Source of the DNA: Heterodontus francisci
Lineage: Eukaryota
Reading direction: 5' to 3'
NCBI RefSeq assembly: GCF_036365525.1
Contig: NC_090404.1
Location: forward strand, 43,471,544 to 43,535,543
Length of the DNA: 64,000 bases
Both the position numbers and the translations under genes were made by a program. Shown here in pieces: positions 49,332 through 62,854 of the stretch (position 1 is the first letter of the stretch; each line of letters starts with the position of its first letter). The notes beneath the pieces are model-generated. The model was not told the origin of the DNA, did no database searches, and was given only the letters and a program-made list of their open reading frames with translations.

Positions 49332-52300
49332 TGTAATGGCTAAACTATGTCAGACCTGGGGTATTGGAGACAATAGTCTCCAAGTGGGACCAGTAGGAAA
49401 ATATTAGTCGATTATTTAGCATCATGATACGTTAACAGTCTTAGAAGGAAGATGCAAGCACTGTTGTTTTGATAAAACCAGGGCATGATGGGATACGTGG
49501 CAATGTTTATGGAAAGCTGCACAACTTAGAAGTCTAATTGCCTTTACATCTGTGTAAACATAGCGTCCTTGAGACAAAGCAGGAGACACAGGATATTATA
49601 GACAATGAAATACCAAGCCTCAAGAATGGGGAGGAGGCAACGGGGGATGATTGGTAAGAAAATATACTTAGTTTATTGATCAAGCTGCAGCTTTGGAATG
49701 TGTTGGGGGCAGGGGGTGGGGGCGGTATGTGGACAAATGAGTAATGGTTATTGTACTCTGTAAATTTGTATTACAGACTCTGTTTCATTGAGAAGCCTCT
49801 GGATGTTTCACCTGACACTTCTCCCTTACTCCCTTTATTTATTTTAATCCTGTGGACTTGAGACATGTTATTTTCTCCACAGTAATTTGGGGCAGTCGGC
49901 AGGATCCCCAAGGCTCAGTCATGGTGCCCGGTCGAATGTTGGCCTCAGAGAGTGGGTGAGTATATTTACTTTACCACCCATTCGATAGGGAGGTCGGCGT
50001 TCGGGATAGGAGGCTAGCGGGCCAATTTGAGGATCCGAACCAAAGGATAGGCCCATGGGTGGAGTAACCTAAGGCAGCGCAGCGCCATTATCGTGATACG
50101 TCGGGTAAACGAGGAGGTAATATCGTTCTCGGGGTTAACCAAGTGAAGGGTAGTGAGGGGTCCGCACCCACACAAAATAGTAAGTAAGAACCTTCAGAGA
50201 GCAAATGAGAGGTCCGTTTCCCACGTAGGAACGATCGTACGGGAGCGAGAGGTCCATACCCACACAAATAGTAACAATAGTCAGACTATAAAACATCAGC
50301 CATGGCAAATAAGGATCCAGAGTAGGAACCTAAAGGGTCGCTCACCGAATTTCTGGCAGCCAAAAACAAGGAGAACTTTAGATAAAATGAGCAGGAAGGT
50401 TGGGATCCCTCGAGGACCCTGATAAGTGGAAAGAATGGTGGAAAGAACAGACAAAACGCAATAAGTATATTATGCAAGTGCTATCTTACCACGTGTCAGT
50501 CTGGAAAGTCTGAATTAGCTCGGCTAGCTCAGGAAAAGAGACAGGTCACACGTGTTAGAAGGGTGAGAGCTGAGGTGGGAAAGTGAAAGGTATCAGGCTG
50601 AGGTAGGAGGGACAATTTAAGCTGGATGTTTTAGTGAAATTTAAAAGTCATCAAAAAGAAGTTATTGTTTCTTTGTTCGATTCTGCATGAATGCTGGAAG
50701 CTTCCAATGTCTGTGTAGTTGTGTGATGTGGAGCTGACGTCGTTAACTCTTTGTTGTCCAGCTTAAGTGTTGAAAGTATAAGTCTGTTACTTGTTCTCTT
50801 GTTTTATTATTGCAGATGTATATTTTTGTGGGAACCTTGAGTCATGTTTTAGGTGTAAACTAGTTGATGTGTGTTTTCCATCGGCTGGGAACTGGGAATT
50901 TAATGCAGATTTTTGGTACTTTGAATTCATAACCCATTACAGGAATCAATTTTTCTAAGTTGTTTGGAATTGAATAGTGTGAAGGTGATTGTTGAGTGTG
51001 TTCGGTTTCAAGTTAAGACTGTGCACCCGGAAATGGGCTATAAAAATTTAATTATATTTTAAATTAAAGTTTTTATTTTTATTTTAAAAGTTGGTTTTGC
51101 AGCTGTGAAAAGGCAATGAACAATTTTCTAAGAGATAAGCTTCAGTCTTGAATGTCTGAAGATGTCTGGCAGATATCCAATTTGAAGTTTAAAACACTAT
51201 TTTAATTGGATCTAACATCAGTGATTGAGAAAATATTGGAACAAAATTCTGAGGGACAGGATTAATCTCCACTTGGAGAGGTAGAGATTAATCAGGGATA
51301 GACAGTATGACTTTGTCAGGGGGAGATCGTGTCCAACTAACTTGATTGATTTTTTTGAGGCGGTGGCTAGATGTGTAGATGAGAGTAAGGCAGTTGATGT
51401 AGTCTACATGGACTTCAGTAAGGCTTTTGATAAGGTTCGCATGGGAGATTGGTTAAGAATGTAACAACCCATGGGATCCAGGGCAATTTCGTAAACTGGA
51501 TCAAAAATTAGCTGAGTGGCAGGAGGCAGAGGGTAATGGTCGAAGGGTGTTTTTGCGAGTGGAAGGCTGTGACCAGTGGTGTCCCACAGGGATCACTGCT
51601 GGGACCCTTACTGTTTGCAGTGTACATTAATGATTTAGACGTGAATATAGGAGGCAAGATAAGTAAGTTCGCAGATGACACGAAAATTGGTGGTGTCATA
51701 AATAGTGGGAAGGAAAGCCTTAGATTACAGGACGATATTGATGGCAGGAGCAGTGGCAAATAGAATTTAATCCTGAGAAATGTGAGCTGATGCATTTTGG
51801 GAGGACGAACAAGGCAAGGGAATATATAATGGATGGTAAGACCCCCGGAAGTACAGAAGGCCAGAGGGAACTTGGCGTAATTGTCCAAAGATCACTGAAG
51901 GCAGCAGCACAGGTAGATAAGATGGTTAGGAAGGCATATGGGATACTTGCCTTTATCAGCCGAGGCATAAAATATAAGAGCAGGGAGGTTATGATGGAGC
52001 TGTATAAAACACTAGTTAGGCCACAGCTGGTGTATTGTGTACAGTTCTGGGCACCACGCTGTAGAAAGGATGTGATTGCACTGGAGAGGGTGCAGATGAG
52101 GTTCACCAGGATGCTGCCTGGGCTGGAGCATTTCAGCTATGAAGAGAGACTGAAATGGCTAGGGTTGTTTTCCTGAGAGCAGAGAAGGTTGAGTGGGGAC
52201 AGGATTGAGAGATACAAAATTATGAGGGGCATTGATAGGTTAGATAGGAAGGGACTTCTTCCCTTAGTCAATAACCAGGGGACATAGATTTAAAGTAAGA

Positions 52301-55172
52301 GGCAGGAGGTTTAGAGGGGATTTGAGGAAAACAATTTTCACCCAGAGGGTGGTTGGAATCTCGAAAGCACTGCCTGAGGTGGTAGAGGCAGGAATCCTCA
52401 CAACCTTTAAGAAGTATTTAGACGAGCACTTGAAACGCGATAATATGCGAGGATACGGACCAAGTGCTGGAAAATGGGATTAGAATAGTTTGGCGCTTGA
52501 TGGCCAGCACGGACACGATGGGCCGAAGGGCCTGATTCTGTGCTGCATAACTCTATGAGTGTATGACTCTATGGACGGAATTTTAAAATCGGTTCTTGTT
52601 TTATTTTGCAATTTAAATTAAAGGCATGCCTTAGTGACTGTTTTTAAGTAACAAATGTCATGAACTGGATATTGGTTTAAGGGAGAGAAGGATAAACAAA
52701 GGAGATATGGGAAAGATTCTGTCTGTTTAAAGTTTGTTTAAGTAGCTGGTGTTAAATCTTTTGTTTTAAGAATGTGAAATTTTAAAAGAGCACGTATTTT
52801 ATGTGTAGTTAATGAGCATTGGTTTGAATTAAGTTGTAATTATGAAGGTTAATGGACCTGTTATGTTGGGAAGACTGGAATTCCATTAATGGCCTTCCAG
52901 AGATAAAGCTCGCTCATAAATAACATTGGCAGTTTTGACTTTAAATTGTTTAGTGCTGCGAATTGGAATTTGGAATCATCTTTGTTGCATTAAAAATTGC
53001 ATGAGGTAGGAGCCTCTTACAAAATGTTAAAAGTTGGGAAACAATTGGAGTTTAATCTAAAACGCTGTCTTCCCTGACAGAGATGTTTTGAAGTTTAATG
53101 GGAAAATCAAATTTAGACAAACTAAAAAAAAAACAACATAAAAAAACATTCTAGTCAGTTTCTCTGAATATAGAGAAATATTCTAGGGAACAAATCAATG
53201 GAATGAAGAAAAACTTGTCACCCAAGCAACACTGTTATTTGACTTTGGAATAACTCTGAGATGCAAAATGTTACTGTCATTTAGAAAGTTACTTTTAAGA
53301 AACTAAAATGTCATCTAAGATAAAGAACAAACAAATAGACGAAGGACACAAAGGAAAAGGCAACTGTGCACTTTGTCATGAGCACACAAGGCCAAGAGGG
53401 TGGGTGCATGGTGCTAGCAGTCATGAGGAAAGATAAATGATCTCAGAAGGTCGGCAGTAAATAATTTGGGGTTGTTTTATCATTTTAGAGAACTGTCTTG
53501 AGCAGACATAGACAGGAGTCAGAGAAGGGTTAGGAGAAGTTAAATTGGAAGCACCACAGTAAATTAAAATGCTGTCAGAAAAGATGAAAAGGAAGGAAAT
53601 TTGTGTGTGCATAAGTTTCTGTTCGTGTATTATATTAGTGTACTGTGATTTCCTTGTCGGCCTGTGTTAGCTTTGTCTGTGTCATCAAACTAATGGTTTA
53701 TTAACCCTCAGTGGCCTGGTCTACATGATGTTCTAAAGTTTTGATATCTCCATAAGTTGATGACAAGCTGTAAAAGTACACACTTTGTTTTGGCAAGGGG
53801 AGTGAGAGAAGGTTTACATTAAGGTGAGGGGGGGGGAGGGGGGGTTCACAATAGGTAATGATACTCGGAACTGTCAATTCGATTTTTCCTGTGGTTGAAA
53901 ACTCGACCACCCTTTCCTTCCCCCATGCCTGTGAGAGGCTGCTGTTTGAAGTTTAGCAGATTTAAATGAAGGACCAAGACTACTGATGCATTTTATTTCC
54001 TTTCTTTTATTTCTTACATCTTAAGTTAAGATGTATGAGTATTACACAAATTGTGTGGATAATGTATGTGTGTAAGTCTTGATATGCTTTCTTCCCTCAA
54101 GGGTGCTTGTGCAAAAGGAGTGTCAGCACATTTTTTGAAAAGAAGGATGTCACAATGAGGAATATGAGTTGGATAAAAGGAAGGTGTCAACAAACTAAAT
54201 GTTTAAGTTATAAGATTCGATTTGAGATTTCTGGCCAAGAATCATATCCCGACTGTATTTTGATAAATGCGGGAATTTTAATTCAGATATAAATTCACGC
54301 ATGTGAGAATAGGGTAATGTTTAATGTCGGATACTGATAATTGGGAAATGTCTTATTTGTCTGAAAAGTATGAGCTTAGACTACTCCATAGCGCATGGTT
54401 TGTTCCGTCTTCATAGGTAAAGGGCTGGTGACATCATCACTGGTCCATCCCAGAACATTCGCCCCACCCACTTTCAGACCATCAGAAAGTTAACCCTTTC
54501 CACCAGCAGTTTAAGCTGACCATACAACTTTCAAAATCTATTGCAACAGCATTGCTGACAGCTTCAGGAATTTGATTAGATATCTGCAATGAATTGAAGA
54601 TGATGAATTAAATTACATTAATTTGAGTTGGCATTCTAACCTGAAATTTAAAGAGATTCCAGGAAAACAATAAAACCACACACAGTCTTGGTGGTTTCTG
54701 CTTGGACTACATATGAAAACAACATCACTGTGTGTCAGCTCGGAGGTTTGGTACAGGTATATCCTGAATAGAATACTCTTAAAGTGATGGGATCGATATT
54801 TTATTTTCCAGGAATGCCGCACAGGATGACACCACTCCCAGGGTCTCAAGTCAAACCACATGACTGACATTCTGTTTCTGCCAACAGGAGGGTCAGCAGC
54901 AGATCTCTCAACTATTTTGTTTCAGGTAAACCTCCAGAGCAATGGCAGCCCGGTGGGTAGCAGTAAAGGTGATCATCCTCCTGGTAACAGTGGCAACATG
55001 GGAGGCACCCACCATAAATATCCACAGAAGCACTTGCCTGCATTCAGGACAGTACTCAAAACTACTGAAAGGAGGGAGCAACTCGAGGGTGTCCAACACC
55101 GTAGTGAACATCACGGCAGGATGGACTAATCTGCCTCCATTTGTTTGTGAACTCAAAAGGAAGGACCTGTGA
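49332..55172 (+). mobile_element. Endogenous retrovirus-like element (5' LTR 49332-49881, tRNA-Ser PBS, degenerate internal region, env-like mini-ORF), interrupted by CR1
   Basis: TG...CA LTR; PBS TGGGGCAGTCGGCAGGAT at 49888-49905 (16/18 to the tRNA-Ser 3' complement TGGCGTAGTCGGCAGGAT); leader splice donor GTGAGT at 49956; acceptor TTTTGTTTCAG ending 54925 just before signal-peptide-like ORF 54942-55172. The 3' extent is uncertain. Confidence 0.6.
51210..52572 (+). mobile_element. CR1 LINE, 5'-truncated, same subfamily as 705-2105
   Basis: ORFs 51536-51763 and 51790-52176 (GVPQGSLLGP, FADDTK, RPQLVYCVQFWAP); (TATGACTC)-type tail. Confidence 0.95.
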
Positions 55173-55729
55173 CATGTTGGCTCAGGACCTGGTAGTTAAC
55201 GTTGTTTCAGATATTGAGGATATAAGATTTGGTACCCCCATCCCCCACCCCACCCCGCCACATACATCAGGCTATGAATAGATTAGATCTTATCAATATA
55301 CATGAGAAAAGACAGCAGCTGGTAGTCACTTATAAACACTTGATATCCTTGTATATTAAGCGGCATTTTAATTCATCTTTCCATTATTGTCACCACAACA
55401 TACCCCCAATACTGCTATTTATGCTTGTAGCTCACTAACCTTATTCACCACACTTTGTGCATTGTAATCCTGTCACTGCATTCTTCATCGTCCTTTTCAT
55501 TCTGCTCCCATCCAATACAGAACGATACTCTTCCCTGCTACTGTCTAACACTCTCACAATATGCACCTTAGTCTTCTTTTCTGTTGCTTTATTTTGGTGC
55601 CCATTCCCCTGCCAATCCAGTTTAAACCCTCGCCAATGACACAAATGAATCTCCCCGTGAGGATGTAGGTCCCAGTCCTGTTGTGGTGCGACCTTTCCCT
55701 TTGAATAGGAATAGTAAGTAATATTCACG

Positions 55730-56505
55730 ACACACAAATGCCAGGCAATGACGATCGACAATACGAGAGATTCAAACCATCTCTACTTCTTATCCAACAG
55801 AATTACCATCGCTGAATCCTTCAGTATCAACATCCTGGGGCTACCATAGATCACAAACTGATCTAGACCAGCCACATACATACTGTGGCTACAAGAGAAG
55901 GTCAGAGGCTGGGAATTCTGTGGCATGTGACCCACCTCCTGACTCCCCAAAGCCTGTCCAATATCGAAAAGGCACAAGTCAGGAGTGTGATGGAATAATC
56001 TCCATTTCCTTGGATGCGTGCATTTCCAACAACACTCAGGAAGCTCAACACCATCCAGGACGAAGCAGCCTGCTTGATCGGCACCCCATCAACCACATTC
56101 AACATTTACTCGCTCCACCATCAACATACAGTAACAGCAGTGTGGACTATATACAACAGGCACTGCAGCAACTCACCAAGTCTCCTTCGACAGCACCTTC
56201 CAAACCCACGACCTCTACAAACTAGAAAGACAAGGACATCAGACGTGTGGGAGCACCACCACCTGCAAGTTCCTCTCCAAGCTACACACCATTCTGATTT
56301 GGAAATATTACGCTGTTCTTTCTCTGTTACTGGTTCGAAATCCTGGAAATCCCTCCCTAACAGCACGGTGGGTGTACTTGCACCAGATGAACAGCAGAAA
56401 TTCAAGAATGCAGCTCACCATCACCTCTCAAAGGAAATAAGGGATGGTCGATAAATGCTGGCCTTGCCAGCAATGCCAACAACCCATGAGACAAGTAAAA
56501 AAAAA
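55730..56505 (+). mobile_element. CR1/L2-group LINE 3' part with poly-A
   Basis: ORF 56014-56454 LNTIQDEAACLIG...HHHLQVPLQ...SWKSLPNS...HHHLSK; tail GCTGGCCTTGCCAGC and poly-A. Confidence 0.9.
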
Positions 56506-56509
56506 AATC

Positions 56510-57880
56510 TGTGTCCCCTACTCCTTGTGCCATCAGATATGGGAATAGCTTTTCTCTTTCTGCACTATCCAAACCGATCAAAATCTTATCCACCGCTGTC
56601 AGATCTCCTATCAATCTCCTTTGCTCCAATGAGCACAACTCCAGCTTTTTTAAAAATTCATTCACGGGATGTGGGCATCGCTGGCTCGACCAACATTTTT
56701 TGCCCATCCCTATTTGCCCTTGAGAAACTGAGTGGCTTGCTGGGCCATTTCAGAGGGCATTTTAAGAGTCAATAACATTGCTGTGGGTCCAGAGTGACAT
56801 GTCGGCCAAACCGGATAAGGACGGCAGATTTCCTTCCCTAAAGGACGTTAGTGAACCAGATGGGTTTTTGCAACAATCGACAATGGTTTCATGGTCACCA
56901 TTAGACTAGTTATTTTTTTAATTCCAGATATTTTTATTAATTAAATTCAAATCTCACCATTTGCCATGGTGGGAATTGAACTCATGACCCCAGAGCAATA
57001 AATTGGGCCTCTGGCTACTAGTCCAATGACATTACCACGACACCACCACCTACCACTTCACCAACCTAACCTTGTCGTTAAGTTCCCTCTTCCCTAAAAC
57101 TATTCTGATAAATCTCATCTGCACCCTCTCAAGGACTCGAACATCCTTCCTAAAGTGTGGTGACCAGAACTGGATATAATTCTCTCGTTGTGGCCTAGCC
57201 AGAAGTTTATAAAAGTTCAACATAATCACCATGCTTTTATACTCAATGTTTCTATTTATGAAACTCTAAATCCCATTGGCTTTACTAATCACCCTCTCAA
57301 TACATCCTACCACCTGCAAAGATCGATACACCTGTACCCCCATGTCACTGCCCACTAGTGAAGTCTGTGCCATTTAGTCATATTGCCTCTCCTATGCCTT
57401 TTTTCCAAAATGCATCACATCACATCTCTGTATTAAATTCCATCTGCCACTTGTCTGTCCATTCTGCCCTCCTATTGATGTTCTGTTGCAGTTGATTGTC
57501 ATCATGTTCATTGTCTGTCACATTTCCACGTTTTGTAGCATCAGCAAATGTAGAAAGTTTTACTCTGTATTCTAATTCCCAAGCCATTTACGTATATAAA
57601 TAACAGTGCTGCTGGCTCTGAACCTTGGAGAACACCACTGCCTACCATCCACAACTCGATTTTTTCTGTCCTTGAGGCAATTTTTGATTCAAGCTGACAC
57701 TGACCCTTCTATTCCATGAGCCTTAGTTTTGGTAACCAGCCTTTTATGTGGTAATTTATAAAAGGCTTTCTTAAAATCCCCATATAGACAATATGCATTG
57801 CTTTCCCTTCATTAACCTTCTCAGTTACGTCATCAAAATATACAATTAGATTAGTAAAGTACGATCTGCCTTTTACAAAT
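56510..57880 (-). mobile_element. CR1 fragment containing a SINE insertion (56647-57050, -)
   Basis: QRRLIGDL, IQFWSPHFRKDVRVLERVQ; the inserted SINE is the reverse complement of the 13345 family. Confidence 0.85.
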
Positions 57881-59469
57881 CTAATGGACGGGAATCTGTT
57901 TGCAGCTGGTGAGATTGAAATGCACTAAAGAGTTGTAAAACCAGCTCCAACCAGCAGCTCCGGGTAATATATAACTACAGCCCAATGCAAAGCCAGGGTT
58001 TAACGACAACTGCTTTAAATGTGGAACACCCATCCTCTTTAGCCTAACATTGCAAAGTATCTGTGCAGAGAATGGAGCTCACGCAATGTTGCTTTGCCCC
58101 TGATCTTTGAGCTAAGGTGCAGGTGGCAATGTCTCTGACTCAGCCAGCTCAACATCAGCCCACCCGTGGTAATCTGACACTGCTACCTGTCGTATAACTG
58201 CACTCATTGACTCATCTCCGAGTTTTACTTCCTGAAAGTTATATGAGAATCTCAGACTATAAATAGCCGGGGACAAACCCGACCTTTGATGTTGCACTCC
58301 CACGCTAACAGATGGTTAATAATTTGCACTAGTATTGAAGATAGGAGCATAGGAAATGCGTCGCAGTGACATTCCTCTTTCCATTTCTTAATTGGAATGC
58401 TCACAAAAGTAAAATAAATTAAATAATGTCTGAATTAAATCAGCAAAAGTGGAAATGCTTCCAAATGCTCGAAATGCTAATTCACGAACTTCATTAACAC
58501 TAATATCAGGCGGTGATGTCAGGCAGAATGAATGCTTTTGGTAACAGACATCGAAATCAGACTGAATTAATATCAGTAATAATCAAATGGGAAATAACTG
58601 TCACACTGTGAATTCTACCTTGATCGATTAACACTTGCATGCTGCCAGGTTAAGTAAATGACCAAGATTAGGAATGACAATCCCTACTGGTTAACACCAC
58701 TTTTGATTTCTTGGTCATTCCCTTGGTGTGAATTCTATCACTGGACCCACATTCCAGCAAATATCGATCACAAATACATTTGTTTGAGAAGATTATCGGC
58801 AAATGTGCATCAAAGCATTTCCAGACAGTGGTTTAATGCCCATTAATTTCTGGGAAAAATAACGCGAAAAGGAGCGTAATTTCACGGTTTTCATTCGAAG
58901 AGCATGGGCACAGGGCAGCAGCAGAAAATGCACTTTTGACTTTTGCAGAGAGACCAATATTTGTAGGGTAACTTTTCAAAATAGGCACTGAGGGCTGATA
59001 GACTTGCCTACCATGAAGGGTTCAGAGAGAACTCGCCTCTGCCCTCAAGGGAAAGTTACACATATGCCTTCCAACGGGAACGTGGTTTGGTCCTTTTCAG
59101 GATGTAGTGCATGTTGCTTCAGTCAGAGCGATTGCAGCTGAGTCATTGTGTATTATCCATGAAGATAAACCAGGAGTATGAACTCCAACAGATGGTTGGA
59201 GAGCGCTTGATCAGATAAACACAACTAACAGCTGCTGGAAGACCTTTCGGATACGAAGATCACCTGCCCCATTAATCGTAAGGCACATAGTCGGATGAGT
59301 AATTCCCCTTCACCAGCAGGGATCCATAATCTGCTAGGTCATGTCACTGTTACACAAAGACAGCCAAAGTCTCAATGCGAAGTAACGAAATTCGATGATG
59401 ACATCGAATGAGGAGAATTATGGAATTCGCTAACACAATCAAAGTATTACACAGAGAGCTCTCCCGCTA

Positions 59470-61370
59470 TGAGTCATAGTCATTTACGACCATAATGAGG
59501 TCATTCTTCCCATAGAGTCCATGCCAGATTTCTGCAGATCAATCCAGTCATTCCCAGTCCCCTTGTAGACAAGCTTGGGTTGTTAGATTTTAGTTTAACC
59601 TGACCATTTTTATCCTGTATCCACTGGAATGATTAACAAGGTCAAGGAAGCCATTTTGTAATTAACACGTGACTAAAGAAGCTACCTTGTGCTCAGTGCT
59701 AACATTTGTATCCTGTACTGATTATTAAATTGCTACTCATCATGAAACCAATGATTATTAAAGTGATGAATCTTGATTGAGTTATAATTAATGAATCAAT
59801 CATCATTTTAGAAAGACTGGGTTTTTATTTCAAGTGTGTTAAATCTAGTTACTATGAGTTTCTGTCTCTGTGTGGGAAAAAGCAGTTTCAGCTAAATGTA
59901 TTCAAACAATGGACCTTTCCAGATCCCCGATAAAGTCCACTGGATGGCACATCAAGGCCTTCAATTGTCTGGCTTTAATCAATAGAAAACGTGTTTAATA
60001 TCAGAATCAGATTTTATATTAAATCATTTCATTCCACTCATGTCCGAGATTCTGAGACCAGGTGGCTGTTAGGAGAAGGCATCAATAAGAAACAATTAAA
60101 TTTGCCTAGCAACAGCTAGAGCCAATTATTGTTTTACACGAGCCTGACTCTGAGATGACCTGCTGACCACACGGGGGTTAAAAACAGGGGTCTTGTAAGG
60201 TTTCGTTGCGCAGAAACACTAGAAAACTTTGGAGATAGAGGCATAAATAATCAGCTAAGTTCTCCATCTGAAGAGGGATCTAGATGAATGAAGAGGACTG
60301 CATCACTTTACAACAAAACTCGACCAGTCCGTGCAACTGCTACAGCTGTAAAGTTATATTCCCAAGTTTGTTAAGTACTATTTCACCTCCAATCATTAAG
60401 TACTATTTTACTGTCAATAGAATTTCTGGACTTAATAATCAAGTATCCTGTTGCTTTAACTGGTAAAGGTATTTCCCGAAAAGATTGTCCACAATGGTCT
60501 TTCCAGACTTGAGAGAAATTTACATCCTCTGCAATGCCCAGGCCCTGCAAGTTTATTTCCTTCAAGTGACCATACAATTTCCTTCTGAAGTTATTGATTG
60601 TCTCAGCTTCAACCACCGCCGTGGGCAGTGAGTTCCAGGTCATTATCGCTCACTACGTAAAAGCCTTTTCCTCAGATTCTCCCTTCAACTCTTGCCCAAA
60701 ATCTTCACTCCATGCCCTTTAGTTCTTTTATCATCAATTAATGGGAACAGTTGTTCCTTGTCTAACTTATGTAAGCTTGTCATAATCTTGTCCACTTCTA
60801 TCAAATCTCTCCTCAATCTCCTTTGCTCCAAGGAGAACGACCCCAGTTTTTCCAACCTCACCTTTTAGCAGAATTTCATCACCTCTGGAAACATTTTGCG
60901 AAATCGCCTCCACACCCTTTCAAGGACCTTCGCAGCCCAGTTGTCGCCAAATCCGGAACTTTATAACGGCTCAGCATAACTTCCCTGTTTTTGTACTCTA
61001 TAGCTCTATTTATGAAGCCCAAAATCCCACAAACTTTACTAACCACTTTCTCAATGTGTCCTGCTCCCTTAAAACGCTTTAGAACTATGCCAATAAGTCG
61101 ATATTGTTTCATCCTATTTCTCCTGCCAAAATGCACAACCTCACACTTGTCCGTATTAAATTCCATCTGCCACTTATCTGCCCATTCTAGCAGCCCAGCT
61201 ATGTCCTGTGTAGTTGATTGTTATCATCCTCACTGTTTTCCACTCCTCCAGGTTTGGTGTCATTAGCATCTTAAAAATATTCTACTTTGTATTTCCTGAT
61301 CCAAGTTATTTATAGATAGCAAAAATAAAACAGTGGCCTTAACACTGACCCTTGGGGACACCATTAGCTC
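59470..61370 (-). mobile_element. CR1 3' fragment (split by the solo LTR)
   Basis: MEFNTDKCEVVHFG, ILGFINRAIEYKNREVML, WNSLPTAVVEAET. Confidence 0.85.
59564..60524. mobile_element. Solo LTR (~960 bp) inserted in a CR1 3' UTR
   Basis: TGTAG...TTACA termini; flanks CCCT/TCCT (near-perfect 4-bp TSD); removing it restores a continuous CR1 3' UTR. Confidence 0.7.
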
Positions 61371-61419
61371 AACCAGTCTGAATCGTCCTTTACCCCCGGG
61401 CATGTAAATATTTCGAATC

Positions 61420-62420
61420 ACATTTACCTGCTTTAATTCCACATCCCTTCAACCCCTTTCCTTTATGCAGTTATTCAATCTAATCGTGAATGTTGGCATA
61501 GTATCTGCTTCAATCACTAATCCAGGAAGTAAATTACACAGCCTGACAACCCTCTGTGTGAAGAAGTCTCTTCTGCCCTCAGTTTGAAATCCCTTACATA
61601 TAATATCCTGCTTCTAGATTCCTCAGCGACTGAAATCAGTCTGCTTCTATGTAACCTGTCCCATCTCCCCTATCCCATTTCTTCCTAATTTTAATCATGT
61701 CTATTATATGGACACATATTCGAAGTTGTTCAAACAAAAAAGGCTCCATTTTCAAGTATTTGCATTTCCTCATATCAGGCAACATCCTAGTACAACTTTG
61801 AAACCTCATTATCCATAATATACGGTTCGTCAGAATACTGCACATAATACTCTAATTGAAATATATGAAGATTTTATATAGGTTCATCATTATCTCTCGT
61901 TTTCTCTGTCTGTACCACTTATGATAAAACGTTGGGTCACATTAGCGTTTTAGAGCCTTAGTAACCTGAGGTGCTTCCTTTAATTTCCACTAAACCTTTT
62001 TCCTAAAATCACTCTGCCATTCCACAACACCAAGCTTACTTCAATTCAGAAGATAATTACCGTTTTATTTTACAAAAATGCATCAAATCATATTTACTGA
62101 TATTGACTTCAATTTGCCGATTCACCATTTTATCACTATCCCTTTGTTCTTCTAAATAATTATTTTGGCATTATATTTAAATTTCTTAACACTCTCTTTC
62201 GGCCTTGATCTAAATCATTGATGTAAGTGTTCCAAGAACATGAATCCTGTGGGATACCACTGCCCACTTCCCACCACTGTTAACATAATGAGTTCTCTGT
62301 TTTCACTCTTCTAGTCAATTTCAATCCAGTTTACTCTCCTCTCAATTCTAAACTTCTTAATCTTTACGTAATGTCAGCTGCAGTAACTTTTCAAAGACTT
62401 TCTTAAAATCTACATACATT
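61420..62420 (-). mobile_element. Ancient CR1/L2-type LINE fragment
   Basis: Degenerate GIPQD, YINDL and 3'-region remnants on the minus strand. Confidence 0.55.
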
Positions 62421-62854
62421 GCAAACTATGTTATGAAATGTCGAGAGATGACAACACAAATCAAAGCTGCTGGTATGTTTCTATTAATGCAGCGGAAGCC
62501 AAACTTGGGGCTCATGGTTACCACGGGGTCGCGGCTCCATTTGCCACAGCAAAGGAATTAGAGTTTTCAGTCGTAATTATTTGAAAGAGCGGTTTTTACT
62601 GCATTCGCTGTGTCAAGCTGATATACATGCATGGATGCTGTTACTATTATAGTATTAACATATCACCATTTCTTTAAACTGAGTAAGGATGGAAATGCGA
62701 TCAGCTTGAATGCAAACAAACCCAACACAGCTAACGTGAAGTCTGTTCTGTATAACTCTACTGAACTGTTCATGTTAATTGGATGCAGATTTTCCAGTGT
62801 GACTACGGATGTGGGAAACAAAATGCAACAGCCCATGGTGAGTTATACTCACTG

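Noticed and set aside
54942-55172. W-x5-F-x-C motif (WTNLPPFVC) suggesting an Ig constant (C1) domain exon
   Set aside because: Cys-Cys spacing is only ~37 aa and the conserved C-strand Trp is missing; the ERV context is a better explanation.
62591-62612. GGTTTTTAC...CGCTGTG resembling an RSS upstream of the V promoter
   Set aside because: Only 6 nt separate the nonamer-like and heptamer-like motifs (12 or 22/23 needed), and no coding segment follows.
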